A model generated the notes under the pieces. That model was given only the letters and a program-made list of their open reading frames with translations. It was not told the DNA's origin and searched no databases. A stretch of DNA of 64,000 nt from positions 2,108,001 to 2,172,000 of the forward strand of contig OZ287071.1 of assembly GCA_965645245.1 (NCBI GenBank). The letters are read 5' to 3'. Every line of letters starts with the position of its first letter. Within the stretch, counting starts at the first letter, position 1. Below, in pieces: positions 12,601 to 23,655 of the stretch. This stretch comes from Massalongia carnosa. Taxonomy: Eukaryota. A program made the position numbers and the translations under genes.

Positions 12601-13037
12601 ACAGACTTTCTGACTAGTACGCGTATACAGATGGAGTAATCAGACTTCAATTAAGCAGAACGCCTCAATCGGGAAATTCGGAATCCGGAAAAAACCTTAT
12701 TCCATTTAACAGGCCCGGCCTATTAAATGGAACGGTCGGACCGTGGTTCCGACAGCCCCCTATCTCCACACCACCAAGTGAAAGTTTCACCTTCTGAAAA
12801 GAGTTCTTTTCATGAGGGTACAAGCGTTGTGGCAAAGAAAGGAACATCACAGTTTGATGACAAAGGAAGGGAAATGTTTTGTCTATAACTAGATCACATA
12901 TTCCCATCTCCTCCATTCATTCCAGTGCACATCCTACTCCTGCACCAATCTCAGAAACTTAGATATCTTTCAATCTACAGAAGTTTACTAGAGACCTCTT
13001 CTTCATCTTCATCTGACTCTCTTCGTCTGACTTCATC

Positions 13038-13973
13038 ATGTCTCTTCCTGACATCAACAGTTCTACAGAGAAGCCTCACTTTCTAGAGAACTCGGAACAC
13101 TACTCAGCATGGGCTAGTTACACCAGAGGTATTCTGCTGAAGAATAACTGTGACACAGCCATTCTGGAAACCCAACCAGAGATCTCATTGGACTCCATCA
13201 GAGAGAGCCTCATCGTATCAGGGTTTACTCCGGCCAGTCTTACTACCAGCATCCTCGTCAAAGAACTTCGGGATGATAAGAACAGACAGAAAACCGAGAT
13301 GACCAAGGCTATTGGAATCATCCATGGACTGGTTGCATCATGTCACTACAACCTCATCAATAACAAGACCGCTGCCGAGATGTGGGCCATTCTGAAGAAT
13401 AGATTCCAGGACGTGGCACCAATGAGCATCACGGATGTCATCTTGAGGGTCAGTACGAAAAAGATGAGAGACTTCGACACAGTCAGTCAATATTGTTCAG
13501 AGTATGACGGTGCCTTCAATCAGATCAAGGGCATGTTGATCGAAGAGGTCAAGGTGAACGTCGACTCCATAGAGTTTGTACTTCAGGGAATGCTGCTTGG
13601 TAACTGCACAGACAAGTATGACCCGCTCATTGCACAACTCCGCAGGGACTGGACGCACGACACCACAAACCTTTCGGAAACAACAAAAATCCTCATAGCC
13701 TATGCACGAAACCTAACTGTCAAGGCTTTTCACACTGGCGCTTCCAACAGAGGTAGAGCACCTATCGGAAGTTGCACCGTTCCAGAGTGTGTAAATAGGA
13801 ACAGAACACGACATTGGCCAGATGAGTGTTTCCAGAAATTCCCCCATCTAAAACGGGCGAGAGGAGATACGGCTGAATCAGGGAGGGTCAAGAGACAAAA
13901 GAACTCCAAGCCAGAAGTCACCACGTCAACTCCAGGCACCACAGTCACTACAACTCCCACAGTGAGCAGTTGA
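13038..13973 (+). CDS. Copia Gag
   Basis: 311-aa ORF with the copia gag motif KTAAEMWAILKNRF and a C-terminal CCHC-type knuckle CTVPECVNRNRTRHWPDEC. Ends in TGA in frame with pol. Confidence 0.85.
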   Translation: MSLPDINSSTEKPHFLENSEHYSAWASYTRGILLKNNCDTAILETQPEISLDSIRESLIVSGFTPASLTTSILVKELRDDKNRQKTEMTKAIGIIHGLVASCHYNLINNKTAAEMWAILKNRFQDVAPMSITDVILRVSTKKMRDFDTVSQYCSEYDGAFNQIKGMLIEEVKVNVDSIEFVLQGMLLGNCTDKYDPLIAQLRRDWTHDTTNLSETTKILIAYARNLTVKAFHTGASNRGRAPIGSCTVPECVNRNRTRHWPDECFQKFPHLKRARGDTAESGRVKRQKNSKPEVTTSTPGTTVTTTPTVSS

Positions 13974-16900
13974 CTCACAGTGGTCATGACTACCACTCTA
14001 CAGAAGGTCATGACCATCAACCATCTCAACAGAGACACCTGGCTACTAGACAGCGCAGCGGACATGCACGTATGCAATCATAGGCCGTCGTTCATCAACT
14101 ACATAACCCGCTCCACAGGTCTGGCAGGATCTACATCAGATGGCACGTCTCCAGGGAGGGGAATGATCCGGAAAACGTTGGCACTACAGGACGACTCACC
14201 CTCGTCAGTGTTAATACTGAACAACGTTCTTTTCATTCCACAGTGTCCAGTGAACCTCGTCAGTCTGGCACTACTCAACCAAAACAACATCTACTATGAC
14301 AATGTTAACTGGACCCTATTCAACGGGATTAGTCAGAACATCATAGGCTATGTGCCAAGAGTCAATACAAACTTTGTACTAAAAACCTTGGACGCCCCAG
14401 ACGTGGCTACACATCTTATGCGGACAGATGAGAGCACCTTTCAGTGGCGAACACATCAGTCTACTACACGTCAGCCATAACAGACCTGTCAACATGGCAT
14501 GCGCGTCTTGGTCATTTAAACCTGATCACCTGCCGAGCTTTTCTGAAAAGACTCGATGTGTCGTACTCAGACAACGTGAACAAAGATTGGTACTGTTCAT
14601 CCTGTGAACTCGGAAAGGCCACTAAGATATACAACCGGACACCTCAGGAGAGAGCAACAGGCATCTTTCAAAAGGTTCATTCCGATCTAGTAGGACCCAT
14701 CAAACCAGCAGGACTTCTTGAAGAACAGTACTTCTTTACCTTCACCTGCGATGCCAGCAGATACACTCATGTGTATACAGGCATCAAGAAGAGCGAATGG
14801 TTTGATCATCTGTTGACATACTACAGTCTAGCTCAGAACAAGACAGGAAAGAGCAAGCCAATAAACATCTTTCGAACTGATTTCGGCACAGAACTTCGAA
14901 GTCTGAAATCGGATGATTGGTTCCTGAAAGAAGGGATAACGTTTGAACCCTCCGCACCGTATTCACAGGAACAAAACGGTGTGTCTGAACGAACAGGCAG
15001 AACTATCATGGACATGACTAGATGTACCATCATTGCAGGAGGCATTCCGGACTACCTATGGACAGAGGTGGTTTTAGCTATGGTTCACACAAAAAACGTC
15101 AAACCTACAAATGCTTTATCCGGAAAGACCCCATTTGAAATTTACGAGTCAAAGTCACCTCCTGTGAATCATCTGCGAGTGTTGGGATCAACCGTGTATG
15201 TCCTCATTCATGAGGAAGAACGCAAAGGCGCCAACAGCAAATCGGCCAAATTTCTACCTCGGGCCCAACGCGGAGTCTTGTGTGGGTACGATGGATGCAC
15301 GATCTATCGAGTCTTTCTGGAAAAGGACTACAAGGTCATCAGGGTCAAAGATCTGCACATTCACGAAGACGCCATCTCCAAAGACCAGACCAACGTTCCT
15401 ACATACGAGGCCATCATGACTCCCGATACAGTCACTCCATCAAAATCAACAGTCATTTCATCCCCCACAACGATTCCAAAACGTGGACGTGGCAGACCCA
15501 GAAAGCATGCTCAGATAGAACACGCATTGTCTCTTCTATCAGACACAGCTTTAGATGAACCCAATCATACTCCTACATACGATGACATAGACACAGAGGA
15601 TCCACTCGTTCTTCTTGCCAGAACCTTGGAAAAGGAAGGATCATCAGGATTAGAAGACTATGACGCACTGTCTCAACTCGACATAGCTGAACCTCAGACA
15701 TACCATCAAGCTATGAAAGGTCCACGTTCGGAAAGCTGGAGTCGTTCCATGGACAATGAACACAACAGTCTTCTCGAGAACGAAACATGGACACTTGTCA
15801 GAACCGAGGATATGGAGCCCAATCATACTGCTCTCAGTGGAAAATGGGTATACAAACTGAAACGAGACGTCAATGGAAATATCACACGGTACAAATCCAG
15901 ATGGGTGGTGAAAGGCTATCTCCAGCAGTACGGAGTAGATTTCGAACAGACCTATGCCTCCGTAGTGAAACCAATGGCCTTCCGATTATTGTTTGCCATA
16001 GCAGCTCATCATGACTTGGACATCGAACAGCTTGATGTCGTCACAGCATTCTTGTATGGGGTAATAGATCAATTGATTTACGTCCAAATGCCCAAAGGAT
16101 ATGAAAAAGCGGGCATGATCTGCAAACTGAACAAGGCTCTCTATGGCCTGAAACAATCTCCACGCCTATGGTATGAAAGGCTATCCCAATTTCTACTTAC
16201 CAAGCTGGGTCTGTCCAAACTTCACGCAGATCATAGTATCTTCTCCTCTTCGGCAGGAATAAGAGGTCCAATTGTTACCTCCTTCGTTGATGATCTGAAC
16301 ATCATAGGTCCAAAGGGATCTCCTATGATATCTGAAGTCAAGAAACAACTGAACATTGCGTTCAAGATGGTGGACATGGGCCCAATCAGTCATTATCTAG
16401 GCCTAAAGGTAGAACGAAATCGCGATAACAGAACAATCAAACTATCTCAATCTACCTACATCGAAAAGGTCCTGGAGAAGTTTCATATGCAGAACGCGAA
16501 AACTACCACCACCCCAATGAAAGAAGGCAGTCTATTCAGAAATGAATCCCAGGCCTGAGAATCGGACATTAAACAGTATCAAGCAATCGTCGGCTCCATC
16601 ATGTTTGCTATGATAGAAACAAGGCCTGACATTGCCTACGCGACCTCAGTGGTCAGCCGACATGCCAAAAATCCTGGCAAATCACACATGGAGGCAGCCA
16701 AGCAGATTCTCAGATATCTCAGTGCAACCAGAGACAGAGGCATTACCTTTGGTGGCGGAGATTTGTCTATACAGGGCTATTCCGATTCTGATTGGGCCGG
16801 TGACAAGGAAGACCGCAAGTCCACCTCCGGATACGTCTTCATGCTGAACAATGAATCAGTTGGGCCTCAAAAAGACAGAAAACCGTTGCCCTCTCATCCA

Positions 16901-17271
16901 CAGAAGCCGAATATATGGCACTCACCTTAGCTGCTAAGGAGACCATATGGATACGCTTATTGATGACAGAACTCGGCCTGATGCAGGATGATGCTACTCC
17001 GACAGTGAATGTACTTGAAAGGGAAGGCGCAATAGCATTGAAAGGTGATAATCAGAGTGCTATAGTACTGGCCAATAATCCCGTCTTACATTCAAGGACT
17101 AAGCACATCGACATTCAGCATCACTTCATACGGAATGAGGTCACAGAGGGTCGAATAGACCTTACCTATGTTTCAACAGAACACATGGTAGCGGACGGAC
17201 TGACCAAACCGCTTACCCACGTCAAATTCTTCTCCTTCATCAGACAACTTCACATGAATTCATCTAGTTGA
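13974..17271 (+). pseudogene. Copia Pol (protease, integrase, RT, RNase H), disrupted
   Basis: Motifs WLLDSAADMH (PR); WHARLGH, HSDL and QNGVSER (IN); SFVDDL (RT); YSDSDWAGD and MVADGLTK (RNase H). Frameshift ~14444-14480, in-frame TGA 16556-16558, frameshift ~16855. Confidence 0.9.
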
Positions 17272-17330
17272 GTTCACACCGCGCAGCGCGGTTTTGATCA
17301 TCAGAACAAGTACTGGCAGAACTTGAGGGA

Positions 17331-17544
17331 AGCATTTCCTAGCCGATAGATTAGATAATATCAGATCTAATCTAATCGCATGGAGGCTCGGATAAACTAT
17401 TATCATCTCGCTTAGCAGAGATGACCAAGATAAAAGGAACAGATTGCTCTGCACTCCGTAGCAACTCTGCATCCTTAACATCATGGTCATACAGGCCCCT
17501 ATCTTTACATAGTCATATAGCCATAGTCATAGACCTATTCAACA
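17331..17544 (+). repeat. 3' LTR, lacking its first ~22 bp
   Basis: Aligns to 11238-11451. The segment TGTTGAATGTTCAACTTCTACC is absent. Confidence 0.85.
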
Positions 17545-18030
17545 GATTGTGATTGGCGTTGATGTTTAAGGGAGTTCTCGAGAGGGCAAATCGAGAGGGT
17601 CGATTGGTCTCATGTCATAACAATTCACGAGTGTGAAAGCTTTTATGCGCTTCGCCAAGCTGGCGATGTAGGTATTCGCTACTCGCTTGACAGTATATAT
17701 AAGGACTACCGATTGCAGTGTGAAGATAAAGGTGAACGCGTCAGCGTTACAGAGTACATACACCCGAGTATTTCGTATAGATACATTTATAGCGTCATAT
17801 AAAGGCTTAATGATGGAGCCGGCACAACTTCGCCAAATGGGGACTACAGTCAGATCGGGTTATAAGAAACTGCTGATTAAGAAACCTCGGCTAGTAAGAA
17901 ACTCGGACGAAAAGACCGGTTTTTTTCTGGTGAGGGATAAGAAACCTCGCTCTATTAGAAAGTTTCTTAACTTTCTCTAAAAATTTTGCGGTGGTTTCTT
18001 ATAGTAAATATGACTTAACCTTCCACTTCT

Positions 18031-19753
18031 TTGAGATATAATAGTCAAATTCCGGAGACTCTATCTCGAAATCCTCGAAAACGTTCTACATCCCCGCTTT
18101 CTCCCAGAGAGAGAAGCAGAAAAAAGCGTGACGCCTTTATCGACGACCAACGACGAGCATTACGACAGCGTTACCAAGATCCTGCTGTATCCGGAGATGA
18201 CAAGAAATACGAAAAACTGGTCGTTTGGTTTGACAATCTTTACCGTCATAAAATTGACAAAGGACAAGTTTCCAAAATCCTTTCACATAAATGGGCTCAT
18301 CTGGATACATCTCACGCATTGCTACGCCCGAATCTGAAGAAAATTCGAACTGCACATTGGTCTGAATTAGAAACGGCCTTATTTGAGTGGCAACAGCGCA
18401 TGCAACGCAAAAGAGCGCCTTTGTCGGGCGATTTGTTAAGAGAAATGGCCTTGAAATTTTGGAAACGATTGCCTCTGTACCGTAATCAATCCTCTTTCAG
18501 GTTCTCTATTGGATGGCTGAATTCTTTCAAAAGAAGATACAAGATTACAAAACATAAACAACACGGCGAGCTCGATTCCGTCAAGCGCGTGGAGGTTGAA
18601 GAAGAGTTAGAAGTAATACGGGTACAGCTATTGTCATACGATCAGGAAGATATCTACAACATGGATGAAACTGCGTTATTTTGAAAGGCTACACTCAGTA
18701 CTACATTGGCTACGGAACAGCTCCCAGGCGGCAAGGTGGAAAAAGCGAGAATTACTGCAAATTTCTGTTGCAATGCTACTGGAACTTACAAGCTTCTCAT
18801 ATGGTTCATTGGGACGGTCAAAAATCCGCGTGCTTTTGGCTCACAGGGTGTTCACGCTTGTAACCTGCATATGATATGGCGCAGTAACAGTAGAGCTTGG
18901 ATGTCGGGCGATATATTTCGGGAGTATTTACGCTGATTTAATGGCAACGTAAGTCGTAAGGTTGTATTATTAATTGACAATTTTTCAGCTCAGCAAAAGC
19001 GGCTGGGGTATCATAGTTGCTGAAGGTGGTTTAGCCCATGTTAGCGTTATATTTCTGTCAGTCAATGCTATCAGCTTATGCCAGCCGCCTGATCAGGGTA
19101 TTATAGGCGCTTTCAAGGCTCATTACAGACAAAGCTGACTAGAATACATGACCTCCGAATACGACGCAGATAGGGAGCCGTTAAAAACCATCAACGTACT
19201 GATGGCAATACGTTGATGCGTAGCCGCCTAGAATTACGGTGTTACTCAGTTAACTATCTCTAATTGTTGACTGAAATCTCGTGTAATCGGGACAAAACAT
19301 GGGCCAATGACTCGAGAAGAGGCAGAGAAATATGACTATCTCAATGAGACTCGGACGCAAGAGCAAGAAACGGAGCAACGACTACAGATACAAGCTACAA
19401 TACGGCGTTTGAAAGACCGTGATCATATACAAAGCGTCATGCGTATTGACGAGTTTCTGAACCCTGTTGAAGAGGTGGTAGAGGATACCGAAGAGGATTT
19501 GGAGGATCACATCGTTGCTATATATGATGGCCATGAAAGAGAATACGAGACGGAGGAGGAGGTCATTGTATCACGTGTTCAAAACAAGGACGCTCTACGA
19601 GCTCTTGAAACGTTACGGTTATATGAGGAGCAACGAGAGGTCGGTGACGATGATTTGATACGTCGTCTGAATCGTAAAGAGTGGGATATCAAGACCTCAA
19701 TGGCGATTAGCTCTAGGCAAGTTGTAATGACGGATTTCTTTGCCATTAGGTAG
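18031..19753 (+). pseudogene. pogo/Tigger transposase pseudogene
   Basis: Homologous to the A and B transposases (WSELETALFEW, YNMDETALF). Six Trp codons are converted to stops, and there is a frameshift near 19000. Confidence 0.88.
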
Positions 19754-19810
19754 TCGATAGGTATAGTCTTGAAAATATGCCAAGAATTTTGATATTAGAA
19801 ACCTCGCTTA

Positions 19811-22145
19811 ACGTAACTCACTGGGCAACGGGACAAACTGGGCAACGGGACTAACTAAATTTCGCTTAATTTCTACAGCCTCCCTCTCACCCGTTTTACA
19901 TACAAATTCGGCTTCAATGTCTATTAGACGTGAAATTGATATTTTGTCTGCATGCAACTTAATCACATTTTACGTGGTTGACGTACAATACGACCCCGTC
20001 TGGTAGTTTGAACCTTCTTCACCTCCTCCACCACCTCCACCTCCACCTCTACCCCCCCACTCACCTTCACCTCCTCCACCCCCTCTACCTCTTCTGTCAT
20101 TGGTTGAAGCACGGGAGGAGGTAGCAATCGTCTTTGAAAAGAACAAATAGGCTTACTTTGTGAACTATCAGGTGCTTTCTGAGGACTTTTCTGAGGACTT
20201 TTCGTCGAAGATGCAGTAGACGTTTGTCCTAGTAAATCAGGTCCAAATCGACACATTTCCCTGAAAGTTTTGATAAGGTCCTGCTCAGCTCGTTTTAGCT
20301 GAGCGGCCTTCTTTTTTTCGTCTTTCACCTTTTGTTTATCTTTGGCCCATTGCTGTCTTTGTTGAACGTCTTCAAGGCTTAGAACTCGAGCCTTTCCTCC
20401 ATAGTGAGCCCCGCTACGATTGGCTCGATGATGGCGCCGTACATTGGCCTGAAGAAGCTCGTTGTTGGTGATACGTAGCAAGGTAGAGTCTGCGAAGCCA
20501 TATTTAGCGCCTTTTATCAATTTATTTAGCGCTCGAACGGGAGTCGAGTCTGATTCTTCATCATTTCGAATTCGACGAATCAGTTGATTTATTTGATCGA
20601 TATTTGCAGGTGTCTTTTCAATTTCGTGAGAGTTTTGAAGGGTTGTCGGAGTGTTAGGATGAGAGGAGGTGATATTCGTGGTGGTGGTAGTAGTAGTGGT
20701 GGTGGTGGTGGTGGTGGTGGTGGTAGTGGTGGTGATGATGCTATCAGTCTTTCGCAACACCGATTGTTTATTAGTGAGTTTTTGAAGAACTGATGACGGA
20801 TTGTATGGTACTAATCCGGTTGCTCTCCATGCAGTCAGCACGTTTTTTGTGTTGATTGCTTCTTTTCTTGCTTTTTGAATGATCTTCAGAAAATCCACCT
20901 TGTCCACTGAACAGACGTTGAATCGGGTGACGACCTCCAATTGTTTTTTGTACTCCCGTGATAAGGGCCCAAAAACACTCACGTCCAGAGGTTGCAACAT
21001 ATGGGTAGTATGTGGAGGTAGACACAAAAGAATGATTTTCTTTTCGTTGCAAAACTTGATGAATTCGGTAGAAATATGGGAAGCATGACCATCTACTATA
21101 AGAAGTCGATATTCACCGTGTAGATATTTTGCAGTAGCAGGTTCAAAACACTTTTTCAACCAATCAAGACCTAGTTCATTGTCTGTCCATCCGTTTTCGC
21201 TGGTAGCTATTTCAGTGTCAATGTCCTCCAGTGCATCGTACCAGGCCTTTTGCTTGTTGACTCCTTTGAAGATGACGAAAAGAGGTAAACTTCGACCGGT
21301 AGTACAAATGGACTCGATCAATGACACCCATTCTCGATTACCTGACTGTGCTGAAAAGGCTTGCTTTTCGTGCTTAGAAATTACTACTTTAGCACTAGCA
21401 GCTACCCCCATCATGAATCCCTTTTCGTCCATGTTGTAGATGTCTTCATCAAGAATTCCGTGCTTTTCTTTCATGGAGAGGAAAAGGTCAAACCAGTGCT
21501 GAAATATCTCTTCATTCTCAGCGAATAATCGTTCTTGATCTAGTGTGCGACTGTATTTAGCCTGCAGATCGGGATGACGATGTAAAAAATACTGTTGCCA
21601 ATTGACTCCTAGCACAGTATGATTCCCCCTTGCTCGTAGTAATTCTATGGCCATCTGACGTAGCTGAGCTATTTTAGCAGGCCAGCCCCAGGCGTACAGT
21701 TGTAAAACCCAGTTCTTCAAAGCGTCTTCCTCCTCGGGGGTCAGCAGTTGTTTAGTTTGATCAGACGTAAATCGTGATTGACGACCCTGAATGCGGGCAT
21801 GAAGGGTAGACTTTGAAACATCATATAGAAAAGCTGCCTTCGTAATGGAAAGAGCTCCATCGGCCTGTTTCCAGGCCAAAAAGGCTGACTGTAATCGTTG
21901 TTGATAGGTGGAGGTGGGGTGAAAACATGAAGGAATGGAGGTCTTGTGGGAGGTGGTTTTTTTACCTACACCCATGATTATAAAGTTTCAAAATGATGAA
22001 TATAATCTACTGTGATGTCTGAAGCTGAATTTGTATGTAAAATGTATGTAATGAAGGCTTCATCATCTAGAGTGGTCAAAAAGTGATGATTTCGGAATTA
22101 CTTAGTCCCGTTGCCCAGTTTGTCCCGTTGCCCAGTGAGTTACGT
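19811..22145 (-). mobile_element. Fot1/Pot-like pogo DNA transposon, intact
   Basis: 44-bp perfect TIRs starting ACGTAACTCACTGGGCAACGGGAC, each with an internal direct repeat. TA TSD at 19809-10 and 22146-47. Confidence 0.95.
19963..21975 (-). CDS. Fot1-type DDE_1 transposase (HTH_psq + CENP-B HTH), 670 aa
   Basis: Uninterrupted ORF with YNMDEKGF, LLIVDGHASH and LQPLDVSVFGPL. Contains a poly-Thr tract from an in-frame trinucleotide repeat. Confidence 0.93.
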   Translation of the reverse strand: MGVGKKTTSHKTSIPSCFHPTSTYQQRLQSAFLAWKQADGALSITKAAFLYDVSKSTLHARIQGRQSRFTSDQTKQLLTPEEEDALKNWVLQLYAWGWPAKIAQLRQMAIELLRARGNHTVLGVNWQQYFLHRHPDLQAKYSRTLDQERLFAENEEIFQHWFDLFLSMKEKHGILDEDIYNMDEKGFMMGVAASAKVVISKHEKQAFSAQSGNREWVSLIESICTTGRSLPLFVIFKGVNKQKAWYDALEDIDTEIATSENGWTDNELGLDWLKKCFEPATAKYLHGEYRLLIVDGHASHISTEFIKFCNEKKIILLCLPPHTTHMLQPLDVSVFGPLSREYKKQLEVVTRFNVCSVDKVDFLKIIQKARKEAINTKNVLTAWRATGLVPYNPSSVLQKLTNKQSVLRKTDSIITTTTTTTTTTTTTTTTTTTNITSSHPNTPTTLQNSHEIEKTPANIDQINQLIRRIRNDEESDSTPVRALNKLIKGAKYGFADSTLLRITNNELLQANVRRHHRANRSGAHYGGKARVLSLEDVQQRQQWAKDKQKVKDEKKKAAQLKRAEQDLIKTFREMCRFGPDLLGQTSTASSTKSPQKSPQKAPDSSQSKPICSFQRRLLPPPVLQPMTEEVEGVEEVKVSGGVEVEVEVVEEVKKVQTTRRGRIVRQPRKM

Positions 22146-22579
22146 TAATAAGAAACCTAGGTGCTACGATTTTGGAGTTTCTTATAACCCGATCTGACTG
22201 TACTAGCAACAACATCGCGCTTTTTTTTTCATTTCGCGAGTAGCCCAATCAGAACCCTAGATGGCTGCGGTAGGGAAAAGCTTAGCATGCAGCCCAATGG
22301 CTTGTCTCTGTAGGTATCCTAGCAGTCGCTGTCGGAGCACTCTGTTTAGAGTACAGATTAGTTACTATGTAAATAGGAACACAGGCATCGAGAATTACAG
22401 TTACGTGTCACGCGCTGGCAGAACTGCCTACTTAAAGTACTCTGTACGAAGTAGTTACTCTGTACTCCGTACTCGGTACTCTCCAGAGTACAATCTACCG
22501 TTTTGGCTCTGACGGAACAATCCGAACACGTAGCCGTACATGGGCTAATCTACTAATGGATCTGTCCAATGCAATACTC

Positions 22580-23655
22580 GAGTTATATGATCTGATTGAT
22601 GCTGTAACTGAACCGACTCTCTTTGGCCGATGCTACGATTTTTACGGAGTATTTTTCACAGTTCATTTGAGCCTTGGACCACAGCAAACAAGGCAAGGCA
22701 GCAGCGAAAGCAGGAAAAACCCGTAGTCGGTTGCCCTTTGTACGTTGGAAATGATGCTGATCCACCGTAATGCTAGAAAGATCGTGAATCTCTGATAATA
22801 TTGCTTGACTACGGCCTTGCCGCCCCCTAGGCCTTACGATATGTCATGTGTTAATCCAACGGTAAAGAAACGGGAGTGCTGAGTATAGCCTGCATCAAAG
22901 ATTCTGTCTCGGATAAATCCAAGAGTTGGCCTGGCAGAAGTAGATGAAGGACTTTGCAACATCAGGTAGTTGGCAAGAAGGTAGTCTTCCTCCTGAGCCT
23001 TATTCAGGGCGGCTGCTCCAGAAGTATATATCCCGTCTGGCAAGACATTGAAGAATATATAACATCTTGTCAAAGCAGCAGAGCAAACAACCAGAGCGAC
23101 TGGTGAACTCCAGTTTTATAGATACAGTGAACCTCCCGTTTTCTAAGACGGATTGATTATAACCAACATAGCCGCTGTTTACGGCATCCTCCCCAGGTCC
23201 GAGCATTGGGGGACGACTAACTTGCTATATTTGCATTCACCATACCATGGTAGAGGCAAAGCCTCTACCATCTGTCTTGAGGTCTATCGCATTCCGGGTA
23301 ATCCCCTATCGAACCTTTAATCCCATTTATTACAGCGGCTCTATGCTTAAAGCATTGTGGATAGCTAGTATGTACCGCTTCATACTGAAGTTCGAGCAGC
23401 GAAGCACGTAGGATCAACTAACAGCTTTGCGATAGGGGAGTGTATTCTGGGCGATGACAGCTTTTGCCATCAGGTACTCCTCAGGCATGTAGCTGAGAAG
23501 CTATTTGGCATTGTCAAAGCTTGGATATAGGAGAATAAGCAGGTTTTGCTTAGCACGAGAGACGATAGACAGCTTAATGGACGCTCGGAAACACCAGTAG
23601 TATGAAAGCTCAATGTCCAGATGCCGGTATATGGTAAGAGTCTGAGCGAAGGCAT
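22580..23655 (-). pseudogene. Relic of an uncharacterised fungal membrane-protein gene (tentative)
   Basis: Fragmented protein-like ORFs (PYTGIWT..., GYVGYNQSVLENGRFTVSI, GFIRDRIFDAGY). The YTGIWT start resembles an N-terminal motif I recall from a fungal hypothetical family. Not verified. Confidence 0.25.

Larger units (their letters stand above)
6905..17544 (+). mobile_element. Ty1/copia LTR retrotransposon (defective), 5' LTR interrupted by two DNA transposons
   Basis: 214-bp direct repeats 11238-11451 and 17331-17544 with 5 mismatches, ending ATTCAACA. Matching TGTTGAAT start at 6905. PBS GGTTATGAGCCC at 11452, purine tract ~17324-17332, and gag-PR-IN-RT-RNaseH order. Confidence 0.9.
17847..22200 (+). 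mobile_element. pogo/Tigger-like DNA transposon (element C), decayed, with a nested Fot1-like insertion
   Basis: 25-bp perfect TIRs CAGTCAGATCGGGTTATAAGAAACT with TA flanks (17845-46, 22201-02). Subterminal AAGAAACCTCG repeats. Confidence 0.92.
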
